Below, one piece after another: positions 9,663-18,340 of a stretch of 33,713 bases of DNA (position 1 is the stretch's first letter; each line of letters opens with the position of its first letter). The notes under the pieces were generated by a model that saw only the letters and a program-made list of their open reading frames with translations, was not told the DNA's origin and made no database searches. The position numbers were made by a program, and so were the translations under genes. This DNA comes from Candidatus Peregrinibacteria bacterium (GTDB lineage: Bacteria; Patescibacteriota; Gracilibacteria; UM-FILTER-43-11). The stretch covers positions 1 to 33,713 of the forward strand of contig JAUXDO010000002.1 of the NCBI GenBank assembly GCA_030618315.1, in the 5' to 3' direction.

Positions 9663-10675
9663 TATTTAATACATTTTTCAGGTCCTACAACTTCATTACC
9701 GTCGATTATTTCAACACATTTACTGCATCCTTTCACAAGTTTGACGGTATTTTTTATATAATCGTAATCAAAAGTCGTTTCAAAAGAACATCCGGCATCA
9801 CCTGTTGATGCGTACACAGGCACTATGCTGTCTTTTCTTTTTCCAATATCATAAAATCCTGCTGAACAATCATGTACTTCGCCTAAAATATCTGCTTCCT
9901 GTAGTGATTTTTCTTGCGTGTAATATCTATAAATATTTCCTCTTGAACAATATGCACCAGAATTATATACAGCAATAACGAGTGACCCGTCCTTTGATAA
10001 ACACATGACCTGTATATTATTTGTGTCACCAGTTTGAGTATTAAAATCATCAAACCACACCTTACTGCTGTATTTATCAGCATCTCCGCAACTGGCAAAT
10101 GGGATTTCATTGGTATCTTCTTCGATTACTTCCGTTGGCACTTCAATTGTTAATGTTTCGACCATTTTTAATAATTCATCATTGTCCCGATCATCAAAAT
10201 AAACTTTAAGAGATATAATACGATTTCCGTTTTTTGCGTAGTATCCTGTTGTTGCATAATTTTCGTTAACTCTGATTTTTATGAAGTCATTGGTGCCGAT
10301 TGTTGTATTTTCATATGAAACAAAATCATTTTCCGCCACTTGTTCTAATGTGCTGTCTCCAAATGTAAAATCAGCGACAATATACTCCTCAAGAGATTTG
10401 TCAGTAATTTCTGATTTAACTTCAACATTTGGAATTTGGCATGTACTGCATTCCATAGGCGGATAAATGTGCTTTTCATACCCCTCTTCAGTCCAGACAC
10501 CCATGTTGTCGGCAGTATATTCACCCGGATAATTGAAGCTAAATCCTTCACCACTATAAACCTTGTCTGGAATTGTTGGTATTTCTTCGATAGGTTCTGG
10601 AGTGGCGCACCCAAGTAAGGCAAAGGCTATTAAAGCAAAGGAAAAGGAAAAGGCAAGGGATAGTAATTTTTTCAT
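9659..10675 (-). CDS. predicted lipoprotein, Cys-rich, function unknown
   Basis: N-terminus MKKLLSLAFSFSFALIAFALLGC is a signal peptide with a lipobox (LLG|C). No catalytic motif recognised. Confidence 0.7.
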   Translation of the reverse strand: MKKLLSLAFSFSFALIAFALLGCATPEPIEEIPTIPDKVYSGEGFSFNYPGEYTADNMGVWTEEGYEKHIYPPMECSTCQIPNVEVKSEITDKSLEEYIVADFTFGDSTLEQVAENDFVSYENTTIGTNDFIKIRVNENYATTGYYAKNGNRIISLKVYFDDRDNDELLKMVETLTIEVPTEVIEEDTNEIPFASCGDADKYSSKVWFDDFNTQTGDTNNIQVMCLSKDGSLVIAVYNSGAYCSRGNIYRYYTQEKSLQEADILGEVHDCSAGFYDIGKRKDSIVPVYASTGDAGCSFETTFDYDYIKNTVKLVKGCSKCVEIIDGNEVVGPEKCIKY

Positions 10676-10789
10676 AATATTTAGTTAATTAATATTGCCG
10701 AAAGACAGATTAGGTTTCATTTTATAAAAAATATCGATAAATATCAAATGTTATCCAAAATAATCTTTTAATAAAAACAAAATAATTAT

Positions 10790-10817
10790 TTGACAAATTT
10801 AAAAAAAACTGTACAAT
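10790..10817 (+). promoter_or_regulatory. sigma70-type promoter (TTGACA-N16-TACAAT)
   Basis: TTGACA 10790-10795, TACAAT 10812-10817, upstream of ATG 10849. Confidence 0.6.
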
Positions 10818-10848
10818 TTATATCCGAATCTTATTAATTCTACATATT

Positions 10849-11559
10849 ATGAAAACTTTACGATTTATTTTATTAGTTCTTCTTGTTGCCTTATTGGTTG
10901 CACCAGCTGCATTCGCTAAGACAAAAACCCCTGTTTATATACAAAGTGCTGAGGTATATACCAAAAACCTCAATCAAGGTGTTCAGGCTGAAATAAAGGT
11001 GTGCAGTACTAATCAGTTCCGCACTAAATTTCAGGTTCATGTTGAAAACACTACTGTTAACGCTGAATATAAACGAAAATTATTGAGCATTGATAATGGA
11101 TGTCATTCATACACATTAAAATTCAATGACAAATTCTCAGATATTTCGACTGCTGGTGATGAAATGGTTTTTTCGTTAAGAAAAATACAAGCTCAAAGAG
11201 GTGAGGAAAAATTTGATGAACCAAAAACAGCGATAAGAACCGTTGAAGAAAGAGATACTGCGGAAACAGGATGCAGTGATCAAACTGGTGGAGATGATGT
11301 TTATACTGCCTGTGTTGGTGATTTTATAACTCATGAGCCAACCGGTCTTAGATTCAGAGTGAAAGCTTATGAAAAGAAGTATGTTGATTTAGTGGTTACC
11401 GGTGTTCGCTGGGGAGGTTCAGAGAAAGTCAGAATTTACACAGACAGAACAAAGAAAGTGATATCAGGAAACGAAAAATCAACAAGAGTTGAGATTACTC
11501 ATGTTGGCAGATCTGAAGATGGTGAAGTAGAATTACTGATTGAGACTACATCTAAATAA
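10849..11559 (+). CDS. secreted hypothetical protein (236 aa)
   Basis: Cleavable-looking signal peptide MKTLRFILLVLLVALLVAPAAFA|K. A promoter lies at 10790-10817 and a terminator hairpin downstream. Confidence 0.7.
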   Translation: MKTLRFILLVLLVALLVAPAAFAKTKTPVYIQSAEVYTKNLNQGVQAEIKVCSTNQFRTKFQVHVENTTVNAEYKRKLLSIDNGCHSYTLKFNDKFSDISTAGDEMVFSLRKIQAQRGEEKFDEPKTAIRTVEERDTAETGCSDQTGGDDVYTACVGDFITHEPTGLRFRVKAYEKKYVDLVVTGVRWGGSEKVRIYTDRTKKVISGNEKSTRVEITHVGRSEDGEVELLIETTSK

Positions 11560-11603
11560 ACTCTAAATCCGAAGTTCGAAATTCTAAACAAATTTTAAAT
11601 ACG

Positions 11604-11648
11604 AAACTCCAATGATTCAAACAGTTTGGTCATTGGGGTTTTTATATT
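11604..11648. terminator. bidirectional intrinsic terminator between convergent genes
   Basis: AAACTCCAATGA (11604-11615) pairs 11/12 with TCATTGGGGTTT (11630-11641) across a 14-nt loop. It is followed by a T-rich run (TTTTTATATT). The complementary strand also ends in a T-rich stretch. Confidence 0.6.
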
Positions 11649-11694
11649 GTTTAGAGTTTAGATATCAGAATTTAGAATTTTTGGAGTAATTAAT

Positions 11695-12012
11695 CTATCT
11701 AATATTTAGAAAAACAATGCCCAGGAGAACTGTTGCGATTCCTAAAAATTGCCAACCTGTAATATGTTCTTTAAATATAAAGTAGCCCATTTCTGTTACC
11801 AGAGCGACTGATATTGCTATCCACAACACGTTTGTAACTGCGGAACCTTCGTATTTAAGTGCTAATGCAAAAAAGAACCCCGCACCAGCAAATCCAAGAC
11901 AGCATCCAACCAGATAAATTGGTTTGTTAGTAATGCTCCACATTTTTCCGGCAAGTATGGCGAGTAAGTCGAGTGTATTGATTAGCGCGATGTAGATGTA
12001 GAATTTGGTCAT
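11695..12012 (-). CDS. small 4-TM membrane protein of SMR/DMT (EamA-half) type
   Basis: 105 aa with four hydrophobic segments. Size and topology resemble small multidrug resistance/ArnE-like proteins. No strict signature was verified. Confidence 0.55.
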   Translation of the reverse strand: MTKFYIYIALINTLDLLAILAGKMWSITNKPIYLVGCCLGFAGAGFFFALALKYEGSAVTNVLWIAISVALVTEMGYFIFKEHITGWQFLGIATVLLGIVFLNIR

Positions 12013-12041
12013 AAAACACTATTTATTTAACATAAATAGTG
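12011..12041 (-). terminator. hairpin plus T-run downstream of the ATPase/acidic-protein genes
   Basis: Perfect 10-bp stem CACTATTTAT / ATAAATAGTG (12017-12026 and 12032-12041) with a 5-nt loop. On the - strand it is followed by TTTTAT, just before the SMR-like ATG. Confidence 0.5.
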
Positions 12042-12073
12042 TAGGCAAAGGCAAGGGCAAAGGCAAGGATAGT

Positions 12074-12676
12074 TTACTCTTCCTCCCACTCAACATCATC
12101 TGGATCCATTGGTTCTCCTGACGGCATAAGCATCTTCAAACCATCGTCATCCTCTCCTGCCGAAACGTCTGGATGTGCTTCCACAAACTCCTCGCTCTGA
12201 ATATGCTCCAGAATGACTTTTTCTAAATTATCAAGTAATTGCTTTGGAGCCTCGATTTGCATCATTTCGAAAGCCAGTAACATGCTGGGTATCTGATCAA
12301 GTGGTGTTGGCATACCCATCTCAGCCATCTCAACAGCGCTTTCAATATCAGCATGAACCTCTTCCAAAGTTTCCGGACTTAATTCGCCCGATAGCAGAAA
12401 CATGCCTTCTAAATCTTCATCATGACATTTAAATACGAATAATGCCTCATCTGTTCCTTCTTTTGTTTCATCGTAAGTAACTGCAAAAATTTTCCGTGGA
12501 TCATTTCCTCGATAAAATCCGACAATAGTGAGTCCGTCTTTTCCAATATCACCGATTGTCAACTTATGATCTATGACTCCTTGCATAAGTGGTGCACTGG
12601 TAATCGATTCATCGATTTCAATGTCCTCTTCTGCCAACTTGGCCATAAGGTCTGAATTTTCTCTATAATTTTCCAT
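12074..12676 (-). CDS. highly acidic hypothetical protein (200 aa)
   Basis: ORF starts 15 nt after the stop of the upstream ATPase gene on the same strand. It is very D/E-rich, especially at the C-terminus (PMDPDDVEWEEE). No family recognised. Confidence 0.6.
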   Translation of the reverse strand: MENYRENSDLMAKLAEEDIEIDESITSAPLMQGVIDHKLTIGDIGKDGLTIVGFYRGNDPRKIFAVTYDETKEGTDEALFVFKCHDEDLEGMFLLSGELSPETLEEVHADIESAVEMAEMGMPTPLDQIPSMLLAFEMMQIEAPKQLLDNLEKVILEHIQSEEFVEAHPDVSAGEDDDGLKMLMPSGEPMDPDDVEWEEE

Positions 12677-12691
12677 GGCGCTGTTGGTTAA

Positions 12692-15508
12692 TTATTTTTT
12701 GTGAGGCTGTTTACCTCCTTCTTTTTTGTGACTGTCGTGTTTTGACTTTTGGTTATCGGGTTTCTTTTCGGATTTGTTATCCTGTTTTTGATTATCGGAC
12801 TTCTGATTATCAGGCTTACCTCCCGGCTTTTTATTATCTCCGCCAGAGGTGGATCCGCCTGAGGAGGAGGATTTTTTATAATCCCTCTTTCCGTTATCAT
12901 CTTTTCCGCCTTCAAGTTTTTTTGGTGGCTGAGCCCATCTAAGGATTTTATCTTCAACAACTTCACGTGGTTTACAGTAGCGTTCACGGGATAAACGGAC
13001 TATTTTTTCTCGTCGCTCTTCATCTATATCAACATCCTGAGGAGGAAGTGTAGAAAGTGAAAATGTCTGACTCGGCATTCCGTCAATCATCAATTTTGTA
13101 TAACAATTATATTTAGGGAGAGTGATTATGTCGTTTGGAAGAACTTCTTCAGAGAATTGATTTGAGAAATACTCCGCATCATCAAAACCTACTTGGAAAC
13201 AAAGACTTGTACCCACATTACCGAACACTGCATCGCGAACTTCATCCGGCATTTGCGCTACATACTGATTGGCCATTGTAAGATTAAGTTTATATTTACG
13301 AGCCTCAGAGAGGATTGTTGCGAAAGCATCTGTGGCGAAATTTTGGAATTCATCTACATATAAATAGAAATCTGTTCTATCCTTTTCTGCAGTATCCGCA
13401 CGACTCATCGCATCAAGCTGGAACTTGGTAATTAGCATTGAACCGAGAAGCGAAGAATTATCTTCACCGATTTTACCCTTGGAAAGATTCACAATAATTA
13501 TTTTCTTACTATCCATCATAAAACGGATATTTACAGTAGATTTAACCTGACCGACTATATTTCGTATCATGCTGGATGATAAAAACTGACCAACTTTATT
13601 TTGAATTGGCGACACTGCCTCAGTTCTTTGCCTATCCTGCCACTTATCAAATTCATCTTCCCAGAAACTCCTTACCATTGGATTTTGAATCTTTTCTACG
13701 ACCTTTTTTCTATAACTTTTGTCTACAAGTATTCTCATGATTCCAAGCATGGAAGTATTTGGATATTCCACGAGAGAAAGTAAACAGTTACGAAGTATGT
13801 GTTCAAGTCTAGGCCCCCAGCTTTCTGCATACATCTTTTTAAATACACCAAGTAATCCTGATGCCATCAGATTCCTCTTATTTGGATCATCAACATCTTC
13901 CAGCATATTAAAAGCAAATGGATGAGAAACGTCTGATGGGTCGAGAATAACAACATCATTAATTCTGTGAGATGGCACTGAACTGATAACCGTTTCTGCA
14001 AGATCACCGTGCGGATCTATTACGGCAACACCTTTTCCTGCCTGCACATCAGACTGCACCATGTTTTCCAAAAGTACGGACTTACCCATACCGGTTTTAC
14101 CGATAATATATATGTGTCTTCTTCGGTCAATCGTTTTTATTCCAAATAATTCACGATTGCCTCTAAAATTAGTTTTACCGATAATCGTCAATTCATTATC
14201 CGGAATAGTACCAGGAACCGGAAGGTCATTTGGCGGTTCAAGTTTTCTGGATGTAACCCAATGAACGTTTGGAGTTTTTACTTCCATTGAAGGCATATGA
14301 TATAGTGTGGCAATTTCTTCAACATTCATAAACATCGGGTCTATAACCGCACGCTTTTGGTAACGCTTTAGTATCTGAGAATTGTTTTTATTAATTCTGG
14401 CAATTTCAAAACCATTCAGATTTGGCAGATCAAATTGCTTAAGACTGCCGAAAATTTCATTTATTTTAACCTCTGCCATATCAATGTTTTCATGACGAGG
14501 CATATAAACTATCCGGATATTTGTTTCAAATGTTAACCGCGTGACTTTGTCTACAGCTGCGGATATTGGATCTTCGCGGTCATGAGTTCGTGACACCTCC
14601 TCGCCTAAATCCTGATCTGAACTACTCTTCATGCTTAAATTAGATGTTTTAAACCCACGAATTGACCAAAAAAACAGATAAAGAGGACTATAAAATAACC
14701 GCTTCCAAAAACCTCTGGCTAGATAAATATTTGTTGCGAACTTATTAAGCCAAAACACGTTATTAAAGAGTCCGTTGCTGACTATTTTTAAACATTTTAA
14801 ACCTCTCTTTCTCCACCAATCTCCTGTCGGCTTCATTGTAATCTGAATCCAGGCTTGCTCATCTGTAGCGTTTAATTTGGAGAGTGTTGCTGTAATACCA
14901 GCAAGCGGTTCGGTTGCAATTCTTGTTAACTTATCTTCAAATTGAGGATATCTTTTTATAGGATATATATCCGGGTCATCAAATTTAAGTTCCGCAGTAA
15001 CTGCGATACGCATTTGTGGCTTCTTTTTCTGGATTACTGCCGGCAAGGTTGCCCCTTTCGGTGCTGGAGTGTCATCGACAATTTTCTCACTTGCCTGAAC
15101 CAGTTTTTCATATGCGGATAACTGAACGCTTGTATAATCCTCCACTTCCTCAATTTCCACATCTGGATACTGTGCATAAATCTGACTTTCAATTACATTC
15201 TTATACTTTTTTGGTACCCAGATAAAGAACTGTATTTGATTATTTACATTCGCAATTTCCAAACTGATTCTTGGCCTTGTCCTTCCAGCCAGATAATCCC
15301 AAATACCATGATTCTCTCCGATTCCATGAAGAGCGGAATATATATGTTCAGCAACAATAGGCCCCTTTTCATTTAATCTGGAAACAGCGACACGAAAAAC
15401 CACAGATTCTGTTGAGTTTTCATAAGAAGTCCGACGAATACTAAGATAAATTCGGAATATTATATACAGGGCTATGATGGCGAAAATTACGAGAAGAGGA
15501 TTTATCAT
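12692..15508 (-). CDS. TraD/VirD4/TraG-like (type IV coupling protein-like) P-loop ATPase, membrane-anchored, with Lys-rich disordered tail
   Basis: N-terminal TM helix (LLVIFAIIALYIIFRIYL). Walker A is IIGKTGMGKSVLL and Walker B-like is FYLYVDEFQNF. The ARKYKLNLTMANQYVAQM block resembles the TraG/TraD C-terminal region. The last ~77 aa are low complexity (KPDNQKSDNQKQDNKSEKKPDNQKS). Confidence 0.8.
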   Translation of the reverse strand: MINPLLVIFAIIALYIIFRIYLSIRRTSYENSTESVVFRVAVSRLNEKGPIVAEHIYSALHGIGENHGIWDYLAGRTRPRISLEIANVNNQIQFFIWVPKKYKNVIESQIYAQYPDVEIEEVEDYTSVQLSAYEKLVQASEKIVDDTPAPKGATLPAVIQKKKPQMRIAVTAELKFDDPDIYPIKRYPQFEDKLTRIATEPLAGITATLSKLNATDEQAWIQITMKPTGDWWRKRGLKCLKIVSNGLFNNVFWLNKFATNIYLARGFWKRLFYSPLYLFFWSIRGFKTSNLSMKSSSDQDLGEEVSRTHDREDPISAAVDKVTRLTFETNIRIVYMPRHENIDMAEVKINEIFGSLKQFDLPNLNGFEIARINKNNSQILKRYQKRAVIDPMFMNVEEIATLYHMPSMEVKTPNVHWVTSRKLEPPNDLPVPGTIPDNELTIIGKTNFRGNRELFGIKTIDRRRHIYIIGKTGMGKSVLLENMVQSDVQAGKGVAVIDPHGDLAETVISSVPSHRINDVVILDPSDVSHPFAFNMLEDVDDPNKRNLMASGLLGVFKKMYAESWGPRLEHILRNCLLSLVEYPNTSMLGIMRILVDKSYRKKVVEKIQNPMVRSFWEDEFDKWQDRQRTEAVSPIQNKVGQFLSSSMIRNIVGQVKSTVNIRFMMDSKKIIIVNLSKGKIGEDNSSLLGSMLITKFQLDAMSRADTAEKDRTDFYLYVDEFQNFATDAFATILSEARKYKLNLTMANQYVAQMPDEVRDAVFGNVGTSLCFQVGFDDAEYFSNQFSEEVLPNDIITLPKYNCYTKLMIDGMPSQTFSLSTLPPQDVDIDEERREKIVRLSRERYCKPREVVEDKILRWAQPPKKLEGGKDDNGKRDYKKSSSSGGSTSGGDNKKPGGKPDNQKSDNQKQDNKSEKKPDNQKSKHDSHKKEGGKQPHKK

Positions 15509-15587
15509 TTTTTTATTTTCTTATATTTTGTTTATTTTACAGGATTTTCATCAAAATGCATAATCTTGCTTAAATATCTTGGGTTTG

Positions 15588-15616
15588 ATTATACTATATA
15601 TAAATTCTTTTGTCAA
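15588..15616 (-). promoter_or_regulatory. consensus sigma70 promoter for the T4CP-like ATPase gene (TTGACA-N17-TATAAT)
   Basis: On the - strand, TTGACA is the complement of 15611-15616 and TATAAT the complement of 15588-15593, with an exact 17-nt spacer. It lies about 80 nt upstream of ATG 15508. Confidence 0.65.
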
Positions 15617-15619
15617 TGT

Positions 15620-16411
15620 TTATCTGATACTTTTTATTGTTGATTCAATTTTTTTTCGAGCTTCTCCTACAATAGGTTCGAACTCCCTCATTGTATTTGT
15701 CATTAATATTTGGAATTCTGAATCTCCAATAAGTTCATCCTCAATCACTTCATACCCTTCATTATCAATGCGTACCATGTGTGGATCATAATTATAAACA
15801 GTGTCATTTAGGGGCCTTCTTGGTTTGCTTCCTTGATATCCTGCATTTGCATCTTCTTTAGCTGAGTCATAAGTTAAATCTATTGAAAATGAGGCTATTG
15901 TCTTTTTCTTTTTTTTGTCAAAAATATCTATCCAGCAATCAATCCCCCCAACATAGTCTAGCCACTTATCTCCAACTGAAGATAAAAATCTTACTTCTAA
16001 AAACTCATCATTAGGATCAATGCCAAGTCTTTTTTCAATTGACTCAATAATACCTCTGGCAAATTTAGATTGTGGAACACGTGAATTTTTGGTTCTTATT
16101 TGCTGTCTGGAAACTCTTTCCATTTGCTTTTCTAGCGCCCCCTTCTTTCTGAGCTGTTTTGCTAGCTCTTCCTTGCCTTCAGAAATTATGTATGTTTTAG
16201 TCTTTTCGTCGTTACCTCCAAACTTATTGTGTAATAATTTTGAAGCTTCAGCTCTACCATGATTTCTTATAAGAGCTTTAATCCCCACTTCTAACGCCTC
16301 CCTCTTATAGGTTTCGTAATCTGTTGGATGTTTTATCTTTCCAGCTAGTATTGCCTCACGATCCTTTCCATTAAGAACTGTTGGGCGTCTGCTTTTTGAA
16401 CGTTTACTCAT
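15620..16411 (-). CDS. hypothetical protein (263 aa, basic N-terminus)
   Basis: Long ORF with an upstream TTGCAA-N17-TATTAT promoter-like sequence on the - strand. No family recognised. Confidence 0.6.
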   Translation of the reverse strand: MSKRSKSRRPTVLNGKDREAILAGKIKHPTDYETYKREALEVGIKALIRNHGRAEASKLLHNKFGGNDEKTKTYIISEGKEELAKQLRKKGALEKQMERVSRQQIRTKNSRVPQSKFARGIIESIEKRLGIDPNDEFLEVRFLSSVGDKWLDYVGGIDCWIDIFDKKKKKTIASFSIDLTYDSAKEDANAGYQGSKPRRPLNDTVYNYDPHMVRIDNEGYEVIEDELIGDSEFQILMTNTMREFEPIVGEARKKIESTIKSIR

Positions 16412-16475
16412 CGGTAAAGAATAATAATAAATTATATTATATTATAATAGCATTTTTTAAGTTTTTTTGCAAGGA

Positions 16476-16769
16476 TTATACTCCTCTCACCCTTCCGTCT
16501 TCAGTTTCACATTCAATCTTTGTTATTTGAGACAATCTTGCGAAAGCATCGGCAATATATTCTCTGCTGGACAGTAATTTATCAAATAAATTGCGTATTT
16601 CTCCTTCAGAAACCAGATGAGCGTATCTTCCGGCAAAAATTACGTACGATTTAGCCCTGCCTTCATGCAAATGCATCCTTAATTCTCCGTCATAATCTAC
16701 CAGCTCTAGTAAACATTCATCTTTTTCAGCAGACTCAACTACCCTATGTTTTTCTGCCTCAGTGGTCAT
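16476..16769 (-). CDS. hypothetical protein (97 aa)
   Basis: ORF with an upstream TTGACC-N17-TAAAAT promoter-like sequence on the - strand. No family recognised. Confidence 0.5.
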   Translation of the reverse strand: MTTEAEKHRVVESAEKDECLLELVDYDGELRMHLHEGRAKSYVIFAGRYAHLVSEGEIRNLFDKLLSSREYIADAFARLSQITKIECETEDGRVRGV

Positions 16770-16894
16770 TAATCTTATAGTTTAAAAGGATGATATTTTA
16801 ACAGTATTTTGATGATTGGTCAAAGAACTACCATTGACACACTATAATAATGTTATTTAATAACTTCTTTTTTAAATAGTTTAGATGGAGTAAA

Positions 16895-18337
16895 ATGTTT
16901 TCGCATGATAATCCAATGGTGGCTCGAATAGTGGCTCAGCTTCGCGTGGCTCGAATAGTGGACCACAACTGGAGCCACCATATGAGCCACAACTTGAGCC
17001 ACAATATGAAATACTTTATTCAAACCTACGGTTGCCAAATGAACTATTCGGATTCCGAGAGGCTTGTTACTGTGCTTAAAAAACTGGGATATGAGGAATG
17101 TGATCATTATAGTAAGGCTGATCTTGTGATTCTGAATACCTGTTCGGTTAAACAAAATGCTGATAATAGGATCTATGGGCTTGGGGAACCATTTGCAGAA
17201 CTTAAAAAGAAAAACCCGAAACTCAAAATTGGTATTACTGGTTGTGCAATTCGTAAGTGCACTGGTATTCGGGGGGAATGCAAAGAGGAGATATTCAGGA
17301 GAATGGAAACTGTTGATTTCGTGTTCCGCATTAAGGATTTAATGCAATTACCGGACATTTTAAGAAAGCTCCATCATGTGGAAGGTGCAAATGAAATAAA
17401 AGATCTACTTCACTACTTCGATATAAATCCAACTATCACTAATATTGCTCAGGTTTTCATACCGATTATGGATGGCTGTAATAATTTTTGTTCATATTGC
17501 ATTGTTCCGTACGCAAGAGGGATGGAGGAGAGCAGAAATATACGGGAGATATTGGATGAGGTAGAAAAAATGGCTAAAAGAGGTGCAAAAGAAATAAATT
17601 TGGTAGGACAAAATGTAAATACTTTTAAGCCATCAGATGTCGATTCTAAATCAGATGAAACACCATTTACTCAATTGCTTAGAAAAATTGATAAAGTTAA
17701 TGGAATTGATAGAATTCGATTTTTTACAGTTCATCCAAAAGACATGACGGATGATGTGATTAATTTGTATGGGGAATTAAAGAGCATGGTCCCACATCTT
17801 CATCTACCCGTTCAATCCGGCTCTGACGCGGTTTTAAAAAGGATGAATAGACTTTATACGGTTGAAAGATTTAAAGAATTGGCAAAAAAAATGAGAAAAC
17901 GCATTCCAAACATCTCTATTACAACTGATATTATTGTTGGTTTTTGCGGTGAGACGGAGGATGAATTTATGGAAAGCTATAATTTGATTAAAGATGAGAA
18001 AATAGACCTTGTTTATGTATCAAAATATTCTGAAAGACCTGGAACATCAGCTCAAAAAGAGCAAAAAGATGATATTTCGGATGATATTAAGAAAGACAGG
18101 TTTGAGCGGATTACTGAGGTGATGAAAGATGTTTCACATGAATACAATCAGCAATTTTTAGGTAAAACAGTACAAGTTCTTATTGAAAAAGTGGATAAAG
18201 GATTCGCGAGCGGTAAGATCCCTGAATTTAAAGTGTGCAGATTTCCATCTGATAATCAAAATTTGATTGGAGAGTATGTAAATGTGAAGGTTAAAAAAGC
18301 TATGGAATGGTGTCTTGACGGAAGCGTTGCTTCCTAA
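16895..18337 (+). CDS. miaB: tRNA-2-methylthio-N6-dimethylallyladenosine synthase (methylthiotransferase MiaB)
   Basis: Canonical N-terminus MKYFIQTYGCQMN, plus the NTCSVK and GITGCA cysteines of the UPF0004 domain. Radical SAM CNNFCSYC motif and a C-terminal TRAM-like domain are present. The conserved core begins at ATG 17006. The ORF is open from ATG 16895 (GGAG 4 nt upstream) through a 37-codon repeat-derived extension, so the true start is ambiguous. Confidence 0.9.
   Translation: MFSHDNPMVARIVAQLRVARIVDHNWSHHMSHNLSHNMKYFIQTYGCQMNYSDSERLVTVLKKLGYEECDHYSKADLVILNTCSVKQNADNRIYGLGEPFAELKKKNPKLKIGITGCAIRKCTGIRGECKEEIFRRMETVDFVFRIKDLMQLPDILRKLHHVEGANEIKDLLHYFDINPTITNIAQVFIPIMDGCNNFCSYCIVPYARGMEESRNIREILDEVEKMAKRGAKEINLVGQNVNTFKPSDVDSKSDETPFTQLLRKIDKVNGIDRIRFFTVHPKDMTDDVINLYGELKSMVPHLHLPVQSGSDAVLKRMNRLYTVERFKELAKKMRKRIPNISITTDIIVGFCGETEDEFMESYNLIKDEKIDLVYVSKYSERPGTSAQKEQKDDISDDIKKDRFERITEVMKDVSHEYNQQFLGKTVQVLIEKVDKGFASGKIPEFKVCRFPSDNQNLIGEYVNVKVKKAMEWCLDGSVAS
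16916..17005 (+). repeat. 12-bp-periodic dyad repeat array (GTGGCTC x3, GTGGACC / GAGCCAC x3) at the miaB 5' end
   Basis: GTGG(C/A)(T/C)C at 16919, 16931, 16946 and 16958. The complement GAGCCAC is at 16972, 16984 and 16996. The 12-nt unit GTGGCTCGAATA occurs twice exactly. Confidence 0.8.
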
Positions 18338-18340
18338 TTC

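Noticed and set aside
12042-12068. Hexamer tandem repeat (A/G)GGCAA x4 after the acidic-protein stop. It resembles the DNA encoding the lipoprotein signal peptide at about 10617-10668; both end in GGCAAGG(G)ATAGT.
   Set aside because: It could be a relic of a signal-peptide-coding fragment. The similarity is short and low complexity, and I cannot distinguish it from a chance microsatellite.
12688-12987. 99-aa ORF overlapping the 3' end of the ATPase gene.
   Set aside because: It is an alternative frame of the repetitive Lys-rich tail region. Low-complexity repeat DNA keeps it open. The ATPase frame is continuous with conserved domains.
15668-15692. GGTTCGAACTCC, resembling a tRNA T-loop.
   Set aside because: The flanking bases do not form a T-stem, acceptor stem or anticodon arm. 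It lies inside a protein-coding ORF.
16916-17005. The short repeat arrays here and at 22660-22750, considered as mini CRISPR arrays.
   Set aside because: The repeat units are only 7 nt with 4-10-nt gaps and are arranged as two inverted arms. There are no 25-40-nt repeats or spacers, and no cas genes are present in the window.
16853-17155. 100-aa ORF on the - strand across the miaB 5' region.
   Set aside because: It is open only because the GTGGCTC/GAGCCAC array is symmetric. It overlaps the conserved MiaB N-terminus and shows no protein features.
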